This document shows, piece by piece, positions 54,952 through 59,260 of a DNA stretch of 59,260 bases. Position 1 is the first letter of the stretch, and each line of letters opens with the position of its first letter. Location: assembly GCA_034420175.1 (NCBI GenBank), contig DAOULP010000225.1, positions 1 through 59,260 of the forward strand, written 5' to 3'. A program made the translations under genes and the position numbers. Source of the stretch: Dehalococcoidia bacterium. Its GTDB lineage: Bacteria; Chloroflexota; Dehalococcoidia; DSTF01; JALHUB01. Below the pieces are notes generated by a model. It saw only the letters and a list, made by a program, of their open reading frames with translations. It did no database searches and was not told where the DNA came from.

Positions 54952-56100
54952 CTACGAGGTTTGTTTCCGGTCCCTGTTGGCTTGGGCGGTGGCGAACCGG
55001 GCCGGGCTGAACGGGGACAGCCCCTCGGCCTCCTTGCCGTCTAGCAGGGAGCGGGCCATGAGCTGGCCGGTGATGGGCGAGAGGAGTATGCCGTTTCGGA
55101 AGTGGCCTGAGGCCACCCAGAGGCCCTCCCACCCCGGCACGGCGCCCAGGATGGGCAGGTTGTCAGGGGAGCCGGGGCGGAAGGCCGCCCAGGCGTCGAC
55201 GTGATTGGCGTAGCTCAGGGCGGGCACCAGCGTGTTCCCCATCCTTCGCAGGGAGGCTAGCCCCCGCGCCGTCGTGCGCTTTCGATACCCCACGTCCTCC
55301 ACGGTAGCCCCGACGAAGACGAAGCCGTTGGGCTTGGGAACCACGTAGCCCGTCGGGCCCCAGACCAAGTGGCGCACGGGCGGTGGGCCGCCGCCCAGGG
55401 CCAGCATCTGCCCTCGTATCGGCCTTACGGGCAGCGAGACGCCCAGAGCCGCCCCTAGGCGATTCGTCCAGGGCCCGGCCGCCAGGACCACGCTGTCCGC
55501 CGAAAGGGTCTCGTTGGCCAGGCGCACGCCGGTCACCCGATGGCCGCGGCGCGCGAGGCCGGCGACGGCCGTCTCTTGGCGGATGACGGCTCCTCGGGCC
55601 TCGGCGGCGCGGGCGAATCCCTGCACGAGCCGCGTCGGGTTCACCTGGTGCTCCAGCGGCGAGTAGATCGCGGCGCGCACGCGAGGGCTGAGCAAGGGCT
55701 CCAGGCCGCGCGCAGCCTCACCGTCGATGAGACGAACTCCCATCCCTGTGGTCTGCTGCCACTCGATCCGGGACCGGAGCTCGGCCTCCTCGGCTTCGGA
55801 GAGGGCGACGCGCAGGAGGCCTGAGGTCACGTACTCGATGTCGACGCCGACCTCGGCCTTGAGAGCATCCTTCAGCTCCGGGAAGAGTCGATGGCTGGCC
55901 AGGCAGAGGTCGAGGAAAGGGCTGGGGCCGTGCGCCTCGGCGAGAGGGGCCAGCATCCCGGCCGCCGCCCCCGACGCCTCATTGCCGATCAGACCTCGCT
56001 CGAGGACGACGACGCGGGCTCTCTCTCGTGACAAGTAGTAGGCGATGGCGCACCCGATGACGCCACCGCCGACAACAACAACGTCCGCGTCAGACGACAC
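54952..56100 (-). CDS. thiO: Glycine oxidase
   Basis: VVVGGGVIG, ASGAAAGML, RPIRGQM, GATVE, RPGSPD..P, GHFRNGILL; adjacent to thiS and thiG. Confidence 0.93.
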   Translation of the reverse strand: MSSDADVVVVGGGVIGCAIAYYLSRERARVVVLERGLIGNEASGAAAGMLAPLAEAHGPSPFLDLCLASHRLFPELKDALKAEVGVDIEYVTSGLLRVALSEAEEAELRSRIEWQQTTGMGVRLIDGEAARGLEPLLSPRVRAAIYSPLEHQVNPTRLVQGFARAAEARGAVIRQETAVAGLARRGHRVTGVRLANETLSADSVVLAAGPWTNRLGAALGVSLPVRPIRGQMLALGGGPPPVRHLVWGPTGYVVPKPNGFVFVGATVEDVGYRKRTTARGLASLRRMGNTLVPALSYANHVDAWAAFRPGSPDNLPILGAVPGWEGLWVASGHFRNGILLSPITGQLMARSLLDGKEAEGLSPFSPARFATAQANRDRKQTS

Positions 56101-56304
56101 TCAGCCTCCTCCCACCATACGCACGATCTCCAGCGTGTCGCCGTCACGGAGCTGGACGGACGCGTAGTTCGCCCTGGGGATGACGTCGCCGTTGTGGGCG
56201 ACGGCCACCAGCCGCAGGTCCACGTCGAGCTCCTTGAGGAACCCAACCAGGCCCATCTCGTTAGGCAGCTTGCGCGTCTCGCCGTTCACCGTGAGTGTGA
56301 TCAT
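56101..56304 (-). CDS. thiS: Sulfur carrier protein ThiS
   Basis: ITLTVNGE...VAHNG...LEIVRMVGGG. Confidence 0.96.
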   Translation of the reverse strand: MITLTVNGETRKLPNEMGLVGFLKELDVDLRLVAVAHNGDVIPRANYASVQLRDGDTLEIVRMVGGG

Positions 56305-56307
56305 CGC

Positions 56308-57015
56308 CTACGCCTTGGCCGACTCGGCGGCGTCCTTCTCCGAACGGGCCGGGCGCTTGCTCCAGGCCTCGCTCATGGTCTCCACGAGCTGGCGGGCCGC
56401 CGCCTGCGGGTCGTCAGCGCCGAGGATGGCGGAGATGACTGAGGCTCCCTCGCCCCCGGCCTCGATGACCTCCGCCGCGTTGCCGGCCTGCACACCACCG
56501 ACAGCCAGCACCGGGATGGAGAGCGCCTCCGATACCTTCCTCACCAGGTCGGGGCCGGCCGGCTCCACGCCGGGCTTGGACTCTGTCGCGTAGATGGTGC
56601 CGAGCTGCACGTAGTCGGCGCCGCCGCGCTGGGCCTCGATCGCCGCCTCTTCGCTGTGGACGGAGCAGCCGACAAGGGCGTGCTGGCCCAGGAGCAGGCG
56701 CGCGATCGCCACTGGCAGACCGTTCTCCGGCAGGTGGACACCGTCGGCACGAGAGGCCAGCGCGACGTCCAGCCGGTCGTTGATGATGAGGACGGCGCGG
56801 TTTCGCGTCATCTGACGCAGACGGATAGCCAGATCGAGCAGCTCGCCGGCCGGCAGGTCCTTCTCTCGCAACTGGATGACGTTTGCGCCGCCTTTGATGG
56901 CCTCGTCTACCACGGTCTCCAGGGGTGGATCACCGCAGCGATGCCGGTCGGTGATGAGACAGAGCGTGGGGAGGCGCAGCCTGCCGACGCGCGTGACAAC
57001 CGCCGTGGTGATCAA
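56308..57015 (-). CDS. ThiE/TenI-family protein (second thiamine-phosphate synthase or thiazole tautomerase)
   Basis: [33 protein letters not shown]; located between thiG and thiS. Confidence 0.85.
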   Translation of the reverse strand: MITTAVVTRVGRLRLPTLCLITDRHRCGDPPLETVVDEAIKGGANVIQLREKDLPAGELLDLAIRLRQMTRNRAVLIINDRLDVALASRADGVHLPENGLPVAIARLLLGQHALVGCSVHSEEAAIEAQRGGADYVQLGTIYATESKPGVEPAGPDLVRKVSEALSIPVLAVGGVQAGNAAEVIEAGGEGASVISAILGADDPQAAARQLVETMSEAWSKRPARSEKDAAESAKA

Positions 57016-57788
57016 CGCACCACCCCCTCGATCGGGCTGCTGGCCGAGGCATAAGCCTTCTTGGCGATGCGGCCGGCCAGGTAGGCCTTGCGCCCGCCCT
57101 CGACGCCCAGCCGCATGGCCTCCGCCATGAGCGCCGGGTCCTTCGCCTCGGCGACGGCTGTGTTGACGAGGACGGCGTCGGCGCCGCTCTCCATGGCCAG
57201 GGAGGCGTCAGAGGGCGCGCCGAGGCCGGCGTCCACTACCACCGGCACCTTCGCGTTCTCGATGATGATCTGGATCTCCTCCAGGGTAAGGATGCCGCGC
57301 CCGGTGCCGATGGGCGACCCGAGGGGCATGACTGTGGCGCAACCCGCCTCCTCGAGCTGCCGGGCCAGGATGGGGTCGGCGTGGATGTAGGGCAGGACGG
57401 TGAATCCCTCCTTGATGAGGATCTTCGCCGCCTCCAGCGTGCCGATGGGGTCCGGCAGCAGGTACTTAGGGTCTGGGACGACCTCAAGCTTCACCAGGTC
57501 GGAGCCCGTGACCTCCCGCCCCAGGCGCGCCGTCATCAGCGCCTCCTCGACCGTGCGGCAGCCGGCGGTGTTGGGCAGGATCGTGTAGCGGCTCCAGTCC
57601 ACCTCGTCGAGCAGCGTCTTCTGGCCCGGCTTGCCCAGGTCAAGCCGCCGGATCGCCACAGTCACCATCTCGGTGCCCGAGGCGTCGAGGGCGGCCAGCA
57701 TCTCCTCGGCGGTGCGGTACTTGCCGGTGCCCAGGAACAGCCGCGACCGGAAGCGCCGGCCGGCTATGGTCAGTTCATTGTCTGCCAT
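57012..57788 (-). CDS. thiG: Thiazole synthase
   Basis: [44 protein letters not shown]. Confidence 0.97.
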   Translation of the reverse strand: MADNELTIAGRRFRSRLFLGTGKYRTAEEMLAALDASGTEMVTVAIRRLDLGKPGQKTLLDEVDWSRYTILPNTAGCRTVEEALMTARLGREVTGSDLVKLEVVPDPKYLLPDPIGTLEAAKILIKEGFTVLPYIHADPILARQLEEAGCATVMPLGSPIGTGRGILTLEEIQIIIENAKVPVVVDAGLGAPSDASLAMESGADAVLVNTAVAEAKDPALMAEAMRLGVEGGRKAYLAGRIAKKAYASASSPIEGVVR

Positions 57789-57817
57789 GCTGCGTCTCCA
57801 TTCCACGTCATTTCGCG

Positions 57818-59194
57818 TCACTCGTCGGGAGGGCGTGGAACCAGCCCACGGATGATGACCTCCATCCCCTCGCGCGAGTTGTAGGGACTGGGGACCAATT
57901 CCTCGCTGACCTTCCAACTCCCCGGGGATTCGTATTGATGGACATCCTCCCAGCGCCCCGATGTCCCCACAAGGATCACTGTGTCCTCGATGTAGACGTA
58001 CGCACCCCACTTGTCAGGCGGCTGCTCGTGGCACAGTCCGGAGGTGAAGCGCGACAGCTCGTAGCCTCCGAAGACCACGGCCCAGCGGTCGCCTAGGTCC
58101 AACTCGGTGTTCTGCACGCAGGGCCAGTCCCAGAAGTTGCCGCCACGGGACTGGGCCAGGAAAGCCTCCCACTCGGCGCGCGTGTAGAGTTGCAGTCCCA
58201 CGACGCTCAGGCCGAACTTGTCGTGCGCCAGCCGATAGTCGATCAGTGCTCTGTATGAGGGGTACGGCCGGTCGGGGAACAGGCGGGCGCTTGTCAGACT
58301 CAAGGCTGGCAGGTCATTGGCACCCGGGAACTCGACGCCTAGCCAATACGCTTGCGTCCCGATGTCCGCCCCGCGCAGTTCTTCCTCGGGGTCCGGCTCG
58401 ACGTAGCCGATGGCGGCCGGCCGGAAGAGATCGGCCGGCAACGATTCCAAGGGCACAAACTCATACTTGTAGCGCGCAGTGAACGAGTAGCGCGGTGCGT
58501 CGTTCGAGACACCTCCACCGGCTGCTGCCACCGGTAGCAGCGTGGCCTCGTCGAGATAGGTGCTCCCAGTGAAGGTGATAGTCTCATCAGAGCCCCGGGA
58601 CTCTCCCTCTATCGCCAAAGCAGGCATGTTTCGATCCTCATACTTGGCGTCTTGGTCAAAGCGGATCTCCAAGCTGCCGGAGGGACCGCAGTGAAGAAGG
58701 AACGAGACCACAGGGTTCTGGGAACCGGGGCAGAGGCGAGCGTCGGCACTCCACACATGATCCGACCCCGGCTGGCGTCCGTATAAAGCGTCGCCAAGCG
58801 AGATGACGACTTCCCGGAATTCGCCTCCCGACGAACCATCATCCCCTTCCGTTTGTGCCTTGTGGACCCATTGGCGCTCCTCGCGAGCTCTCCTGCCGGG
58901 GACGTCGAGCCACGTGTCGCCGCCGCCTGCCAGCGTCGACTTGCCCTCCTGGGGGTCGATGCTCTCCCACTCCTGCCTGCTCGTCACATGCAGCGCGTAA
59001 CCCGGGCAGGTCATCGAGTCAGCCATGCGCTCGTACACATCTTCCAGGCTCAGACTCGCAAGGTCGGGCGGAGGCGGCGGGGTCCCCCTTGATGGGCACT
59101 CGAGGGAAGTCCCGGTCCCACCGTTGCCGCCGCCGCACGCGGCGGCAACGAGGCCCAACGCGACCACTACGACCGGGAGTGCGTTCCAGTTCAT
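57818..59194 (-). CDS. Lipoprotein, unknown function
   Basis: LVAACGGG-type lipobox (LVAAACGGG); beta-rich body; EIIRGL-like C-terminal end (VIIRGLVP). Confidence 0.75.
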   Translation of the reverse strand: MNWNALPVVVVALGLVAAACGGGNGGTGTSLECPSRGTPPPPPDLASLSLEDVYERMADSMTCPGYALHVTSRQEWESIDPQEGKSTLAGGGDTWLDVPGRRAREERQWVHKAQTEGDDGSSGGEFREVVISLGDALYGRQPGSDHVWSADARLCPGSQNPVVSFLLHCGPSGSLEIRFDQDAKYEDRNMPALAIEGESRGSDETITFTGSTYLDEATLLPVAAAGGGVSNDAPRYSFTARYKYEFVPLESLPADLFRPAAIGYVEPDPEEELRGADIGTQAYWLGVEFPGANDLPALSLTSARLFPDRPYPSYRALIDYRLAHDKFGLSVVGLQLYTRAEWEAFLAQSRGGNFWDWPCVQNTELDLGDRWAVVFGGYELSRFTSGLCHEQPPDKWGAYVYIEDTVILVGTSGRWEDVHQYESPGSWKVSEELVPSPYNSREGMEVIIRGLVPRPPDE

Positions 59195-59260
59195 CGCCCC
59201 TTCTGACCCGCGAAGAATAGCCGGCCTTTCGTCCGCTGCACCACCTCGGCCCCCGTCACT

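Noticed and set aside
1-59260. tRNA, rRNA, CRISPR arrays, known anti-phage systems
   Set aside because: No cloverleaf or T-loop signatures, rRNA-like tracts, periodic repeats or recognisable defence genes found by eye; a tRNAscan/DefenseFinder run would be needed to be sure.

Overview
GC-rich, gene-dense window with no rRNA, tRNA, CRISPR array, integrase or transposase that I can support. Gene content (xACGGG lipoproteins, F420 genes cofD-npdG-cofE, three acyl-CoA dehydrogenases, a CaiB/BaiF pair, GAGCCTGTCGAA-type palindromic repeats) suggests a Dehalococcoidia-like Chloroflexota genome; this is inference. Most of the window is ordinary metabolism and transport: CoA chemistry, ilvD, F420 synthesis, thiamine genes (tenA x2, ThiXYZ-like ABC, thiE, thiG-thiE/tenI-thiS-thiO), MFS transporters, SDRs and USPs. 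Four accessory spots stand out. (1) 36.6-39.0 kb is a lower-GC three-gene unit built around a clear homolog of the Bacillus spore-coat transglutaminase Tgl. This Tgl has a 71-aa C-terminal extension that is 51% identical (36/71, no gaps) to a free-standing 75-aa protein encoded just downstream, and the unit sits behind a sigma70-like promoter. (2) 10.1-14.2 kb holds two unrelated secreted proteins that share a C-terminal VGG-x-AEL...TM...WY-RRR tail and 3' UTR, with 67-bp direct repeats and an adjacent membrane-anchored His/Cys caspase-fold-like protein; this is a candidate surface-sorting system. (3) 22.0-25.9 kb is a tasA-sipW-like fibre operon behind a ~550-nt structured, attenuator-like leader. 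(4) 18.4-19.6 kb is a class A beta-lactamase-fold protein whose SxxK motif reads CxxN. All family calls come from reading motifs by eye; no database searches were run.
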